Source of the DNA: Octopus bimaculoides
Taxonomy: Eukaryota
DNA length: 63,470 bases
Reading direction: 5' to 3'
NCBI RefSeq assembly: GCF_001194135.2
Contig: NC_068983.1
Coordinates: 109,380,563-109,444,032 of the forward strand
This document shows positions 21,781 to 36,849 of this stretch, in pieces. Made by a program: the position numbers and the translations under genes. The notes under the pieces are model-generated. The model did not search any database. It was given only the letters and a program-made list of their open reading frames with translations, and was not told the DNA's origin. The first letter of the stretch is position 1. Each line of letters begins with the position of its first letter.

Positions 21781-24238
21781 TAAGTACATATGGATAGATA
21801 GAGATATGTGTATGTACATACATACACACACACACACACACATGCATACACACACATACACACATATATGTTTGGGGCAAGGTAGGTATGTTTATATATA
21901 CTGGTATACAATAGTGTTCTGATTTGCATTCAATAAATCAGTAAAACCAGTAAAATGAATAACAGATTTAAAATAAAGAATGGGTGATTGATACAAGTGG
22001 TTAAAACCCCTGAATGTAGTAGCCAGAACGGCTGCATCTTAATAATTGAAATCAGTAAAACAATAAAACCATAAAGCATGTTCAATGTGATACTATCACT
22101 TTAATGTTAAGACCTTCAAACTGAGCATGGATGCAATTTGTTATTACTTAGCAATTATAAATATGTTACAATTACAAACAGATCCCATCCTATTCATTTT
22201 AAGTAAAAAGAATGTAGAAATGGCTCTTGGAACACATACTTAATACCCAGGCAAATATTGGAAATGTACTTAGTTCTATATTCTTATTGTAGAATATTAT
22301 ATTGTATATGTGGTACCTATTTTAAACAATATGCAAAAAACTAAGATTATTTCATGTAAACAGTGGTATGTTATTCAATATTGAATATAGTCTATCAATT
22401 AAAAATCTATTGTTCAGAAGATAATAACATATTATGAACTTGATGCAATGCAAATCCTGAAGACTAAATTATATTCAAAATTGCAGAATATGTAGTAGAT
22501 AGTATTATATATTTGATAAGATAAAACTTTAGTTAAACAATAATTAACTTCACAAGTTATAATAAATAAATCTGTTGAATTCTGAGATTATTCTAAGCTT
22601 AAGTTCAGAGTAGTTTTAATTTTCTCTTTCAAAAATTAAACACAATAGCTGAAAACTGAAACTGATAATCAATGTCTTTTCATATAGAATATGAACTTTT
22701 CCCATTGTTTATTAAATTGTTTGTGAGTACAATCAAAACACAAGGAAAACTCTTTAATTCAAGTCAAATAATTGAGGCAATATTTACTTTTAACTTCCCA
22801 AATTTTGAATTAAATTCTGCCAATCAATTCTGACTTTAATCTATTCAGGATTGATAAATTAGTTATCAGTAAACACTAGGACACAACAGATTATGCTTCA
22901 CATTCACAACATATACTTATGATTAGTTGTCAAAGAAAGTTATTGTTTTCATAAGTTTACATGGCTATCCTGAGTTGGATAGTAACAAGTTATGGGTCAT
23001 CTAGAATTTGAAAACTATTATATCTCATTACTGTTGGTTGTCTTTCTCAAAAATGCAGGAACCCACACTTCAGTTTTATTTTTTTAAAATCCTTTTACTT
23101 CTTTCAGTCATACAAATGTAGCTATGCTGGCACTCTACCTTGAAGGGTTTAGTCAAACAAATCAACCAAAAGTCAAAGACATTTAAGCCATGACCATCTA
23201 GTTTTGTTTTCAAGAATGTCTTATTTTAAGCCAGTTTAAGATAGCAGGATGTAGGTGGATGACAATTGGATGATTTTCCTTGAGATTGAGTGACAACGAG
23301 ATCCTAAAATTGGCTTGGTAATGTTGCATTATGTATTTCTATCGATGAAGTATGTTATTAATATGTAGTTGTTAGAAAGGAACAGGAAATAAAATTTCAA
23401 GTTTTACATAAGTTGATATGAGTTTTTACTCTACCTAATGAGTTTGTCTAAACATTTTACGATTTTGACAATTTAATGCATATTTATATTTGTGAAATTT
23501 CTTATAGAAGTATAGAAAATATAAATTCAACCAAAGTTGCTATGCAAAATAAACTATAAGGTGTTATATTTTATTATAACTACAGAAAGAGAGAACAAAT
23601 ATTTTAAAAATTTTTCAGTAAATTAATTTAGCACTAACAAGATTCATCTATAAAAAAGATTAATGTTAGAAGTAAAAAGGATTAAATTTTTGTCAACAAG
23701 CATATGAAAAACATCAAGAATATAAAAAAATGTCATTGAATAACACAGCAGTTTATAAAGTTATTTGTGTAACTATACAAATAGGTCCATACAACATGAA
23801 CATGCATGTGAGTTTATATGATGTATGCACCATATAAAGGTAAAGTTTCATGACATGTGGTCCCATATGAGTATGAAACTTATGTGTATTCATAAAAGTG
23901 TTCAAACACTTGGGTCTTTAGGATATGTAGTTCCACACAAATGATTCTGTATGATGTATGCACCCATATGAATAAGTTTGCACAGTATGTACATTCAAAT
24001 ATGTGAATCTGTATGACATGTGCATGTAAATATATTATTTTATTTTCTAGCAACCTATTGTCTTTTTTGAGAAAAGAGAAACTGGGATGTAAATTAATAA
24101 AGTTCATTGCAGAAAGTGCATGCTGTGTAAGTGTGGCTACAAAAGGTTGCCTGTTGCTGCTGCTGCTTCAAGGATAACTTTAATTGAAGTGGTTTCCACA
24201 TTGAGTGGCGCAAAGAAGTGGGTTACTGCATGAGTTAC

Positions 24239-24335
24239 CTTGAACTGTTGGTAAATGCTTGTATTTGAGTTGTAAGTAAAACCCATTTGTTGTTGTAGTA
24301 GGTACTGCATAACTGTTCTGCTACTTGTGCCACCA
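24239..24335 (-). CDS. Weak candidate exon (phase 2/0): GGTSSRTVMQYLLQQQMGFTYNSNTSIYQQFK
   Basis: gattgcag| acceptor and AAG|gtaact donor; phases are compatible with 31465-31562 and 6840-6998; alternative acceptors exist. Confidence 0.2.
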
Positions 24336-24770
24336 CTGCAATCACAACTACACTTACTATGAATATTTTATCAACTAAATACCTTTCTTAATATAAAATA
24401 ATGTTAAATGCTGATTAGTTGCATTGAGTGGCTACCACACGGCTGCTGTCACTTCTACCATTGTTATGAGCTGACACTGTTAGTGAATAGATCAATGAAT
24501 TCCTTTTATTAGAAGGGATTCTCAATAGATGGGTCATAACTTGCTGGACTTTTGACAAAGTGAAGACATGCATCTACAGATTAAGTAAATGCCTGTGACA
24601 TTTAATATTGATATAAATACATTCAAATATGAATTAGAAGCAGCACTATTATTGTAACGTTATCGAAGGCACATGCTCAATGGTTTTGCTGTGCTTATTC
24701 ACCAGTAGGCTGTGATTTAGCACAGTAGGGATGACTCCCACAGAGCGCTGGGTGTTAAAACATTTGAAAG

Positions 24771-25051
24771 TCAGACAGGTGAGACAACTCTCCCCAAATC
24801 CCATTAAGGAGCAATGGATATCAATGTTTCACTATTTTTGTAGTTTATCAACATCATGTACCTGAACCAAATTGGAGGCAACTAAATCGCCAGTCCGTGA
24901 CTATATACAAATAGTATAAAAGCCGTTTGCTGATATGTCCCACCTCCAATTCAGTTCAGGTACATTGATGTTGATAAACCACAAAAATGACAAAACATCA
25001 ATGCCCATTGCTTCTGAATGGGATTTGGAGCAAGTTGTCTCACCTGTCTAA
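24771..25051. repeat. Inverted repeat, ~108-bp arms and 64-bp spacer (probable MITE)
   Basis: cagacaggtgagacaact..atgtacctgaaccaaattggagg versus cctccaattcagttcaggtacat..agttgtctcacctgtct. Confidence 0.85.
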
Positions 25052-25094
25052 AATCACATACATTGAATATGTGTAGTCGATAATGCCTCAGAGC

Positions 25095-25215
25095 ATTCAG
25101 CTGTAGAAACTCTGCCAGATCAGATTGGAGCCTGGTGCAGCCATCTAGTTCACCAGTCCTCAATCAAATCGTCCAACCCATGCAAGCATGGAAAGTGGAC
25201 GTTAAATGATGATGA
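25095..25215 (+). mobile_element. Short RTE 3' tail fragment
   Basis: cagctgtagaaactctgccagatcagattggagcc..gttaaatgatgatga. Confidence 0.8.
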
Positions 25216-27957
25216 AATGTTTTGTTGAGGAATACCAACAAATAGATTTTTACACTATTTGTATATTGTCATGGTCTGGTGCAAAGTACATACATTGAGT
25301 ATGTGTGTTCAATAATGTTTATTGATATATTTTAATACCAATTGACACATGAAATGTATAAGGTAAACCAGAACATGAATTTAGGGGCAGAGTTTACTGA
25401 AACAATTGAGATTGAATTCTAACACAGCTTCATTTGATCCTAATAGACTCATAATAAGATAAGATTCTGTGTGGCACGCTAATGAAATACTTCTTAAATA
25501 TATACTTTCCTTGTTTAAATAGGCACATTATCATTTTACAACTAAATAAATTAATAAAGCAAGAATTAAGTTTCTAGATTAATCTCAGAATTAATGATGG
25601 ATCCAGTATGTGATATGGCAAAACAATGATGGTGGTGATGATGATGGCATTGATGAGGATGATGATGATGAGAAGGAGAATCATTTACTTGGTAATATAA
25701 CAACATATCATCTCATTTAGTAAATGCTGAAGACTTTATAAAATCTCTGAAGAATGAAATACACTACAGATAATAACTGTAGCTAATTTCTATAAACTTT
25801 TTACATAGAGAAAACAAATGCTATTATTTTTTTACTTTCTTTACAATAAAATCATGACCTTTCAGTATCTGGAAACATTTCATATGAATGATGAATTTTT
25901 ATTAGACACATTGCAAAAAATTGTTTGTTTCCTCAATCATAATAAAGTTTCTTTTAACAGGAAGTAAAGACAGTAGCTTCTTTTGAGTAGAATATAGTCA
26001 ACTGCTTTCTACAGTTTTATAAACATGGTTAGCAGAAATAAACCAAATATTATTAAATACTAAAATCGTTATTTTCTCTCTTATTGATAATCATTGACAC
26101 TATGTGCCTTGGTCTTTCGAATTTACCCAGCTGCTCTCAAATTTTGATTCCTAGTTTCTCAATAATTATAGGTCAGAGGCTGAATTTCAATATTTATTAC
26201 CACTTGTGATGTTCCCAATTTAGTTTCTTTGTAAATTTTATAACATAAAAAACTGATATTAAGTGAGCACTGGAAATATGGATTTAATATTTAATCTTAG
26301 ATTTTATTTAAATGTTATAAATTCTTACTTTGCTTTAAATTTGCTAAATTTTTATTGTGAGCAATTAAAGGTATTATTGATGTAAGACTTCATTACACCA
26401 GTATTGTCTAAATTAAATAATGCAATAGAATTAATAATTATTCATTCTGTGAAAGGAATGAAAAATTCATAAGAAAATAAGTCAATATACAGAACCCTCA
26501 AAAAAATCTAAATTTAATTTCCAATTTTGGACAGTTTTATATTAAGTGAATTTTAATTTTTCAAGAAAATCTTTACAAATGATCTAAATCTCTGTCTTTA
26601 TGGCTGTGTAAACAAATTTCATTGCTTTTGTTCTAGAATTAACGAAAGATATTACCTTACATATTTTCAGTTAAAATACAAAAGAAATTAGTGTTATGTG
26701 TTATTTAATAGGACTTTCATCCCCATTGTCTAGTATTCTTATTTTTAGACATTTTTCCAATATGAATATTACTAACAATTATGATTTAGTCTTGGAAATT
26801 TCATATATAATGAAAACAATGAAAATGCATTTCAAGTTCTTTAGATCATTAAACTTGCCTTCATGAATTTTTATTCCCAACAATAAATTGTGTAACCAAT
26901 CTTGTTTGCTAACTTTTTGATAAATGCTCTATAGTTAAAAGTTGAAATAACACAACTGTTATAGTTATCAAAATATTACAAGTAAAAATAATTGGTGATT
27001 TGAAAAAAAATTGTAACTTTCTCAAAATATGAGCAAAACAATGTTAAGTGGAAAATTTAATAACACTGTATCCAATATATTTTTCTGTTTTAGCATGACA
27101 AAGTTGTGTAGCTAAGAATAATTTTATATGAACTAAAGGTACTTCACTTTCATTAAAGTTGGTTGCCTTCCAAGCTTTACCATTTGAAAACAGTATATGA
27201 ACGAAACTATTGGATTAATGTGCATTACCAAGAGACAAAATTAATAACTTTAACCCTAGAAAGACAAATTCTAGACATTGCCAACCCACGCATTCTGCTT
27301 TTAAACTCATTATATAGATTCAGATCAACCATCATATTACTCATCAATCTTACACATTAAAGATATATGATATGATAGTTCCAAAACAACTGACAAAATA
27401 GCACTAACCGAATCGTTGCCTTCTCACTAGTAACAGCAGAGAATATCAAATACAATGAACCATCCCACTTATCAACATAAATATACTACTTACATGGAAG
27501 ACAGAAATATTGGGAGTTACATACAACAGCATAACGTTCTCAATACACATAGAAAATATAGTAATGAAAGCAAAACAATGCATATGCATAGAACACTCAA
27601 AGGTTTGATTAACAAAAGAAACTGACAGAGGTTTACAAAAAATTATCATCATCATCATTTCAATGTCCCCTTTCTCATGTTAACATAGTTGGACAGAATT
27701 CACTGAGGCAAATTGTAAGGTCAGATGCCCTTGCTATCATAGTACTGTCACACTGTGCTGTGATGCACAATACTAATATTAAGTACTCTAGAGGGGACCC
27801 CTTTGCCTGTGCAGTTCCCCCCACCTCTCTAGAATTTACAGGTATGGAGAAATATACTGGACAATGAGAAGAATACAATATTTCCTAACTACAGTGCTAC
27901 TCTTATTCAATTATATAATTGAGTATACAGTATGATTCTCAGCTTGACAAAGTTATG

Positions 27958-28124
27958 ATTTCATCATCATCATCATCATCATCATCGTTTAACGTCCGCT
28001 TTCCATGCTAGCATGGGTTGGACGATTTGACTGAGGACTGGTGAAACCGGATGGCAACACCAGGCTCCAATCTAATTTGGCAGAGTTTCTGCAGCTGGAT
28101 GCCCTTCCTAACGCCAACCACTCT
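27958..28124 (-). mobile_element. RTE 3' tail fragment
   Basis: Nearly identical to the reverse complement of 19125-19288. Confidence 0.85.
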
Positions 28125-30742
28125 TATCTAGAAAAATAGTTCTATGGTTCACATCTATGTTATTGAGCCAACTACCTATGTGCCATCGGTCTGCTGGATC
28201 AGAGCTGACCTGGTGCTATATCCTATGTTACAATAACACTTTTAGCATTTTTTCCACTCAATAAAAGTATAATTAGAATAAAGAAAACTGCAGATAAACA
28301 CAATGCATGTCAGCGTGTAAAACAAGCATTGATAATCTTCATCATTGTAATTTTAATAATCATTGCTATGACAAATTACAAAATGTTTCTTTCCATAGCA
28401 AAACCATAGAATTCTCATTCCCATCTCCTGTTAATAAAACAGAGTGGGGCAGATGAAGAGAGTAAAAGATAGGGAAAGGGAAAGAGAGAGAACGAATATT
28501 CAACTTCTTAAAATTAACTCACAAATAATGTATACACTGTTTGACAGTGACAAATAGAATTTTTTCAAGAGTCTACCAGCTTTATTTAGAGAATGTAAAT
28601 GATGCACTTGAAGTCAGAAAATTTATAGTTTAGACAAAGCACAGAAGCAAAAGAAGCACTTGGGAAAGTTTATTCAAAATAATCCTAAGAAGTATTGGAA
28701 TATTAACAAAACTGTATTAACATTAGGGTCTTCTCGCTAACTGTTATTATGTAAAATTTGATTAAAATCATGAAACAGAAGAGATTAGGGACAGTAATTA
28801 TGTTAAAACATGAGGAAAATGATTTGTTTATTTCTTCTTCCAGCTCTATACTTTGTTAATTCAAATTCTCCTGAGGTCAACTTTGTTTTTCATCCCTCTA
28901 AAGTCAAGAAAATAAAACAACAGTCAAGTACTAGGGTTCATTTAATTGACTGTTCCTGTCCTAATGTGTGATGTGTCTATGTGACAAAGTACATTTTACT
29001 AGTTTTATATATTACTTTACTGAAAAATATTTAGCTCATACAAATGACAAGAGTTTAGGAGGATATATGCAAACAATGAACAATTGACATTTTAATTTTA
29101 AATTCGAAGTTAAAAATTATATGAACTTCAGAGATTGGCAGTGTGCAAATATTTAGTTTTTAATATCAAGCAAAATTTGGCATGAGGTAGTTAAATGGAC
29201 CATATTGGCACTTTATGGAAAAATAAGTCATATTAAAATTAAATTTTGTGATAAACACCAAGAAAAGAAAATCAAATTCTACTAATAAAGACAGAGTTCA
29301 ACTTTTCTTTTAAATTCACTGATACAAGATGTAAAACTCTAATGCCACTTATTATAAAGAAAAAAAAATAAGATCAGAAACATAAAATGTCAAATTATGC
29401 AAATATTTTCAATCATCTCATCTAAAACATAAACATATGGTATGATTCTAAATTCAATATTTTGATACTGAATTAGAGATCAATAATGATTAGAATGCTT
29501 TATATCAATCAGTTTTATTTGATTTTAGTACAAATTTTTACCTTCATCAAGATATTTATAGGACATTTATTAATTTGAAATATCACTGGATTTATTGTAC
29601 ATTACGAAGAACCAGACTAATGCCATTTGAATTTACTTATTTTCACTTACATATAATAATGAATGAAAATGGGGTTAAAACAATTTGCAGATTTTGCTTT
29701 CATTTCTTAATCTGAGAAGTAGAAGCAGTACTTTATAGACATCTTAGATATGCAAAAACCTTTGAAATAATGAAATAAGTCAGAAGAATAGAAGTGAATT
29801 CATCAGTCAATCAGGCTGGTGGAGAGACAAAAAAGAGTGGATACACTGAGGTTGGCAGAGGTGTATGTATGAGGAACAGGCAAGAATGAAATACAGGCTG
29901 GAAAATAGATCTAGTCAATTAGACTTGTTCTACTTATTTTGAAACCTTAAGGTATAAATAAAGGAAATTTAACTGTCATTTCTAGTAAGTTAACTGACTT
30001 AAACACTTTGTGAAAATATTCTCATCAGCAGGAAATATTTCAACTATATATACATATTATAGTCTTCCCTCATAATTTAAAAGTTTCTCTGTTGATAATT
30101 ATAGTACTTGGTATTATTGCTGTTAATAAATGATTTAATATTATTGCTTTCTGTGATGTTTTTAGAGTGATACACAAATATGAATTCAATGAAATCTTCA
30201 AACAAATATAAGCAGTGCCATGACATTATAATTAACTATCTAGCATTTAGTATTAAATAAACTGTCTTGCAATTTCATAAATAATTATCAAAGTGCTTTC
30301 AGTCACTTTAAATAAAATTTTTCTATTCTTCAATTGTCTATAAACATTATAAATTATAAATATAACAGAATTAAAATATGTTAAAGGAACTTGAAACTAC
30401 CCCAGAAATTAATTAAAATCTGTAATTAAGAATTCCCAAAGTACATTTAGTATTTCAAAATCCAATGACAACACACTCACACACTCAAAGAACCTCCTTA
30501 TACACACATAGACAAGACCCCACCCCATATATGGATTCTCCCATCGAAGACAACATATGAGTGTTCAGCTTTTGCTGAATGACCTGCACAACTGATTTGT
30601 TTATAGTTATCAAATGCACATTAGCTCATTCTCTCCATCAAATCGACATTGTCTAAACAGGTGAATAGTGTACTATGCGTTATGTGTCAAAGTGATCGCA
30701 GAGCAATGTGAGTTTTGCTCAAGAACATACACTCTCTCTCTC

Positions 30743-30806
<64 letters not shown>

Positions 30807-31464
30807 GATAAACTTACATGCATGTGGTTTTACAAAATGCATTCACCCAGGCAGTGAAAAATCTATCTCGTTTCAAATTCATTCTTCAGAGATTTGCTGT
30901 GCATTCTTTGTCACAGAAAGAACAGCAGTTTAATGATATATATACACACATGCATTATATTATATCATATTATATCACATGTACATGCAACTGAACTAAA
31001 CTGGTCGCTCTAATCTGTGTCAACACAAGTGTTAGAAACACAAATTAATTCATTAACTGAATCACTGCAGCAATGAGATAACTATTTATCTCAGTGCTGT
31101 GCACTTCTATTAACAAATACATACAAACTTATAAGGCACAGGCTGGCTGTGTGGTTAAGAAGTTTGTTTCAGTCATGCCACCTCACATGTTTCTATAGGG
31201 TTGTAGGATTAATGTTGCTGGATATGTTGAAATGCTGGAGACAATCGTTTAACCCTTGTTGGATGAAGTATATAGTAGAAAGCTATGCATGTTTCAAAAG
31301 AATTTGGTGCTTTCTCATAAAGATCACATACACTAAGAATGGACGTCAGACATTCTTTGCAATCATGTAACACCAAACTTCTGACCTGCATGGTCACAGA
31401 CTTAAATTCCATTGACTAATATGTTTAGATCATTGTTGAAAGGGAGACTAATCAACATACTCAC

Positions 31465-31562
31465 CATACCACAGCTTCAATGAAGACCAATATTATCCAG
31501 GTAATGTCCCAAATAAATAAGGACCAGTAGGTGCAGGCATATGAAGGTTTCTGGTCCTCCAT
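31465..31562 (-). CDS. Weak candidate first coding exon: MEDQKPSYACTYWSLFIWDITWIILVFIEAVV (signal/TM-like)
   Basis: ATG with an in-frame stop just upstream, open for 98 nt to a strong TG|gtgagta donor; competing plus-strand splice signals overlap it. Confidence 0.25.
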
Positions 31563-31644
31563 TGAAATTGCTTTATTAAATTACCAAATATTTCTTCAAA
31601 TAACTCTCACACCCTCTGTATATGTGTGTGTGTGGGGGGGGGGG

Positions 31645-31990
31645 GCTGTGTAGTTAAGAAAATCGTTTTCCAACCATGTGGTTTTGAGTTCATACTGCAC
31701 AGCAATTTAGGCAAGTGATCTCTTCTAATATAACAACTATATCCATGTGAGTGAATTTGGTAGACAGAAACTGAAAGCACCTCGTATATGTATGTATGTA
31801 TATGTGTGTATACGTTGTGTGTGCCCTTGTCTAGACATCACATGATGGTTGTAAATGAGATTCATTGTCATACATGCAAGACTGATTATTGTCAATTATC
31901 CATGAGAAACATATCTAGTCATGGAAAGTTATTATCTTGCTTGGAAACAGGAATGAGCTGGCAACAGAAAAGTAATAGACAATCTGGCTC
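31645..31990 (+). mobile_element. tRNA-derived SINE of the 11628 subfamily
   Basis: ggctgtgtagttaagaaaatcgttttccaaccatgtg head; atgatggttgtaaatgag and ctggcaacagaaaag tail. Confidence 0.65.
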
Positions 31991-33768
31991 AGCACACTTG
32001 TAACCTAAGGCAAGTTACTTCAGCCATATATAATGTGTTCTACTCTTTATTGCATAAGTTTAAGTCCCAAGAAGGTAAGGTCAGACAATTTTCCTGCAGA
32101 TGATGGCTAGTGAACCAGAATGCATGTCCATGACTGTCCTCCTATCTCCAGAAAACAAGCCTGTCTTTACCTTTAATGGCATGTCACCTTTGTAGAAATA
32201 CTTGAATCTTGAGATTATCTTCTCAAGTGGAACTGAGCTTAGTTGCCATGTGGTAATAGTAACAAATCAATTTTAGTAAATCAAGAATTTATGATGTATG
32301 GTATTTGATATACCTGTATTTGTTTATTTTGCTCAAATACATGCCACTGGTCACCCTGAATTGTTTTTCTTATCTTATATATTTTTTTTAATAAATATTC
32401 CTTCAGCATGGCTGCAGTCAAATGACTGAAAGAAGTAATAGATAAAAGATATGATAATACATCTGGTCAAAAACTACAAAGAGTACTACTTTTCTCTGTA
32501 CACTTGGACAATGTAACTATCTAATGAAACTACTAACTTAATTCCTATATATTGATTCAATAAAAATTTTATGTGACCACATTGACACTGCTATGCACAC
32601 TCCTGACACATTAGCTACCATGCCCAAAACAGACAAATAGCTTACAGACCTCAAATCCATACATTCTTAGATAATGTCCCACAGAGTAACATAAACATAC
32701 ATAGTCTCAAACAGACACACACAAAATAAAAAGAAAAAAAAAAGAAATTCCTCTATGATACAGGTGAGAATGAAAGTCCAAATCGAATATTACCACAACA
32801 TACACGTAGACAACAGCTAAAGCTGATGCTTGGTAAAAAAGAGTTAGAAATATTTCAACAAAAAATGTTTATTCACACACTTAGCCATGCTGGAACAGTT
32901 ACATAAGATAAATATAAATTCAGATAAACATTTTCAAAAGAAAATCACCAGTCAAAACATCAACAAAGAACACCAAATGAATAATATAACACCAAAGGCA
33001 CGAATACTGTTCAGCTTGCCATAACCGTATCTTATACTGAAACCAAACACAAATATTCTCCAACACATAACATTGTAACCGAAAGACAACTGGAAACTTC
33101 TTAGGAATACCACATGGTGTAAAATCAGCATCATTATCATCATATAATGATATATATATATATANNNNNNNNNNNNNNNNNNNNNNNNNNNNNNNNNNNN
33201 NNNNNNNNNNNNNNNNNNNNNNNNNNNNNNNNNNNNNNNNNNNNNNNNNNNNNNNNNNNNNNNNNNNNNNNNNNNNNNNNNNNNNNNNNNNNNNNNNNNN
33301 NNNNNNNNNNNNNNNNNNNNNNNNNNNNNNNNNNNNNNNNNNNNNNNNNNNNNNNNNNNNNNNNNNNNNNNNNNNNNNNNNNNNNNNNNNNNNNNNNNNN
33401 NNNNNNNNNNNNNNNNNNNNNNNNNNNNNNNNNNNNNNNNNNNNNNNNNNNNNNNNNNNNNNNNNNNNNNNNNNNNNNNNNNNNNNNNNNNNNNNNNNNN
33501 NNNNNNNNNNNNNNNNNNNNNNNNNNNNNNNNNNNNNNNNNNNNNNNNNNNNNNNNNNNNNNNNNNNNNNNNNNNNNNNNNNNNNNNNNNNNNNNNNNNN
33601 NNNNNNNNNNNNNNNNNNNNNNNNNNNNNNNNNNNNNNNNNNNNNNNNNNNNNNNNNNNNNNNNNNNNNNNNNNNNNNNNNNNNNNNNNNNNNNNNNNNN
33701 NNNNNNNNNNNNNNNNNNNNNNNNNNNNNNNNNNNTATATATACACACACACATGTATATACATATAT

Positions 33769-33808
<40 letters not shown>

Positions 33809-33847
33809 CTAATATGCATGTGTATGTATGTGTGTATGCATGTAGAT

Positions 33848-33892
<45 letters not shown>

Positions 33893-34479
33893 AAAAGAGG
33901 TACTTATATCAGAGTTAACTTTAATATATCTTGCATTAATAGTTTTATCTATTGCTAGTACACACACATATTCTCATTTGCCAACTGTTAAGTTATAGGA
34001 ACATAAACAAACCAACACTGGTTGTATAGTAGTAAAAAGCAACAGAAACACAAGCACAATGATGCTCCTTCACACATGCACACGTATGAAATGGGCTTTT
34101 GCTTGGTTCCTATTTACCAACTCACCCAAGAGATATCTGTAGTAGAAGGCACTTGCAAAAGACCCATACAGTGGGACCAAACCAACAAACTACATGGTTG
34201 CAAGTTGAAGTTTTTAACCTCACAGCTATGCCTGCACCAATTAAATATGTATCACTCCACAGCAATTAAAAGAAATGCACAAATCTCATATTATCTGTAA
34301 GTTGCAAATATTTATCATTGAACAATTCCTTAACTTAGGAATAATTCCTCCTCTCTCATAAGTACAATGCTATCTTCAATACAAACTTGTTCAAAGTTTC
34401 CTACTCAATAACTTTAAATTCTGTTTACTCACTTTCAAATATCAGCTGCAAAAATTGACTTCTAGTACACACACCTAAA

Positions 34480-36800
34480 CACTAGATTCAACAATAGCTG
34501 AATTACCTCAACAATTCACTCGTCATTTAAAGTAATCATAAACTTACTGAATAAACATCACATTGGCCTAATCTCAAACAAAATTAAGCACCTCCTTTCC
34601 CAACAACTTTCAAGAATAGCAACAGCTCTACTTCTACACTCTCTTACCACATATTGAACCTCAAAGACCAATATGCTTTGCAACATAACTTGGAGCAGAA
34701 TGCACTAGCAACAAATCTACAACCTAGCATCAAAATTCTGCCCTTTGTTCTCTCAGACATAGTGATTGGGAATGGTACTTGTGTAGCTGGAAGAAAAAAT
34801 ATATGTATTGTTGTTTCAAATTTTCTGTAGCAGTTCATTCTCAGTTCAAATTTTCCAATAAAGTGTGCCTCAATTATCAAGTGGTTTACAACATCTTTAT
34901 TCTCATCTAAGATCATTGTTGATATTTTTTCTCTACATGGGGTCTGTCTTTTTATCTCCTTGTATACTGATGTAACCTTGCTTCTGTCTAAATACATCTA
35001 CCCAACCACCTATTATTCACCAGTCCACATACCTCTCTCATTCTCTCTCTTTATCTATCTGTCTTTATTTCTATCAATCTATCTTTCTATTTATCAATAT
35101 CTGTCTATCTATATGTATAACTATCTATCTACCTTCTCTATCAATATGATTTAGCATAAAGCCTTTAACAACAGATAAACTCTTGACTCTTATTGCCTAT
35201 TGTCTGGCATTCAATTCTTATATTTAACTGGAAAGATGGTGTATTCATATATTGTAACTACTTCAGATACATTAATGCATGGTATCCACAAGACACTGCC
35301 AGACTAATACTCTCTATCTCAAAAACAATTGTAATTCTGTTTAAAGATTTTGAAAGAAAACATTAATAAGTTTACTTTCAAGACAAATGTTAACTGTACA
35401 TTTAACTCTGCAACTGCTGAGACTTCTACAAATCCATCTCACCTCCCAAAGACCCAAGAACATCATCATAAGGTACATCCTTAGCAAAATAAATCAGCAA
35501 ACGCTATAAGGTACTTCATCTCTTCAATATGAAAGTTGCAATGATATCCACTAGCTGATGGCTTCACAGCCTGCATGTAACACACTCTATTGAGCAAGCA
35601 ATGCACAAATACTTCCAAAGAAATTCAATATAAAATTCAAATACTTGCTTCAGAGATCACACACCATATGCAATACCATGTCTGCAAATAGAGACAACAT
35701 AACCACAAATGACAACACAGATCATACATTATATACAGCATGCCCAGCACAAACAGAAACAATGACTTCTATAGAAAACAGCAGACATATAACATGCCTC
35801 ACATAAAGATAACATGGCTACAATCTGCACCAAATACCTGAAAACCACCACTATCAACAGCTAGGAACTCTCACTACAGAGGAAATAGGGATACTTAGTA
35901 AACATCAGAATATTACTCTAACCGATGGGCTTGCAGAGCATTAAATCATTAAATATATCTCTAGTATTGCATATGCACTACTCTGGATACATCATAGTGT
36001 TTGACCTTCATGAGGAACTTAGAGCCCACCCATACCCACCCATATAAGCAGGGAGTTATGAACACTACTATAGTGAAGGAATTCTTTGAAAACAATGTAG
36101 GTAAATTATGCCGAGACCTCTTATGAATTTGGCATACAGATAACTACCCTCAACCTTGATAGCCTGAGAGAAGTTTTCCATTCATGACAGTACATAACAC
36201 TGTATTAAAGATATGATGATGATGTCTTTCTACTGACCCATTCCAAAAATGAGGCAACAAAAATATGTGAGTCCTTCACTAGTATCAGCAACAATATCAA
36301 ATCTGATATTGAGCACTCAGCAATAGATGATTATTTAAACCTGATGGAGTTCAACGTATTCTTTGCTGCAAGGCAGGCCATTCTGATTTTTTGATAGAGA
36401 GGCCAAGATGGACATATTTCTCCAATCAGAATCTATGTACCCACAAACTTTAAAGCATCATAACATGAAAAAAAAAACCCAGCTTATTCATCACATAGAA
36501 GGCAGTGACTAAGCAATGCTGGCAGACCCTGTAAAATGTTTCTTAGAGACTACAAACGATGCTTCATGGAAAGGGTGTACAATACAGTGTACAATACAGA
36601 GGGCATACAACAATATATAGACCTCACAGGACATCTAACAATACCAAACAAAATAAGGTCCATGACAACGACAGTTAAATTATCAACATTACCTGGTGCC
36701 AATCAGGCAAATGGTAATGTAAATAATGGCATGAAAAGTAGCAGAAAAATAGATTCAAAAATAAGGTTAAGAAAGAATATGAAGGTCAAAAGAAAAACTA
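34480..36800 (+). mobile_element. Highly decayed Penelope-like retroelement
   Basis: RYDDDVFLL (cf. RY[IV]DD) followed by NNIKSDIEH..YLNL (cf. IKFTxE..LPFLD), then a GIY-YIG-like remnant NTVYN..QYIDLTG; many stops. Confidence 0.5.
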
Positions 36801-36849
36801 AGTCTTTGTTGATTTTCCTTACTATGTGGGAAATAGAAGAAAATAGATG

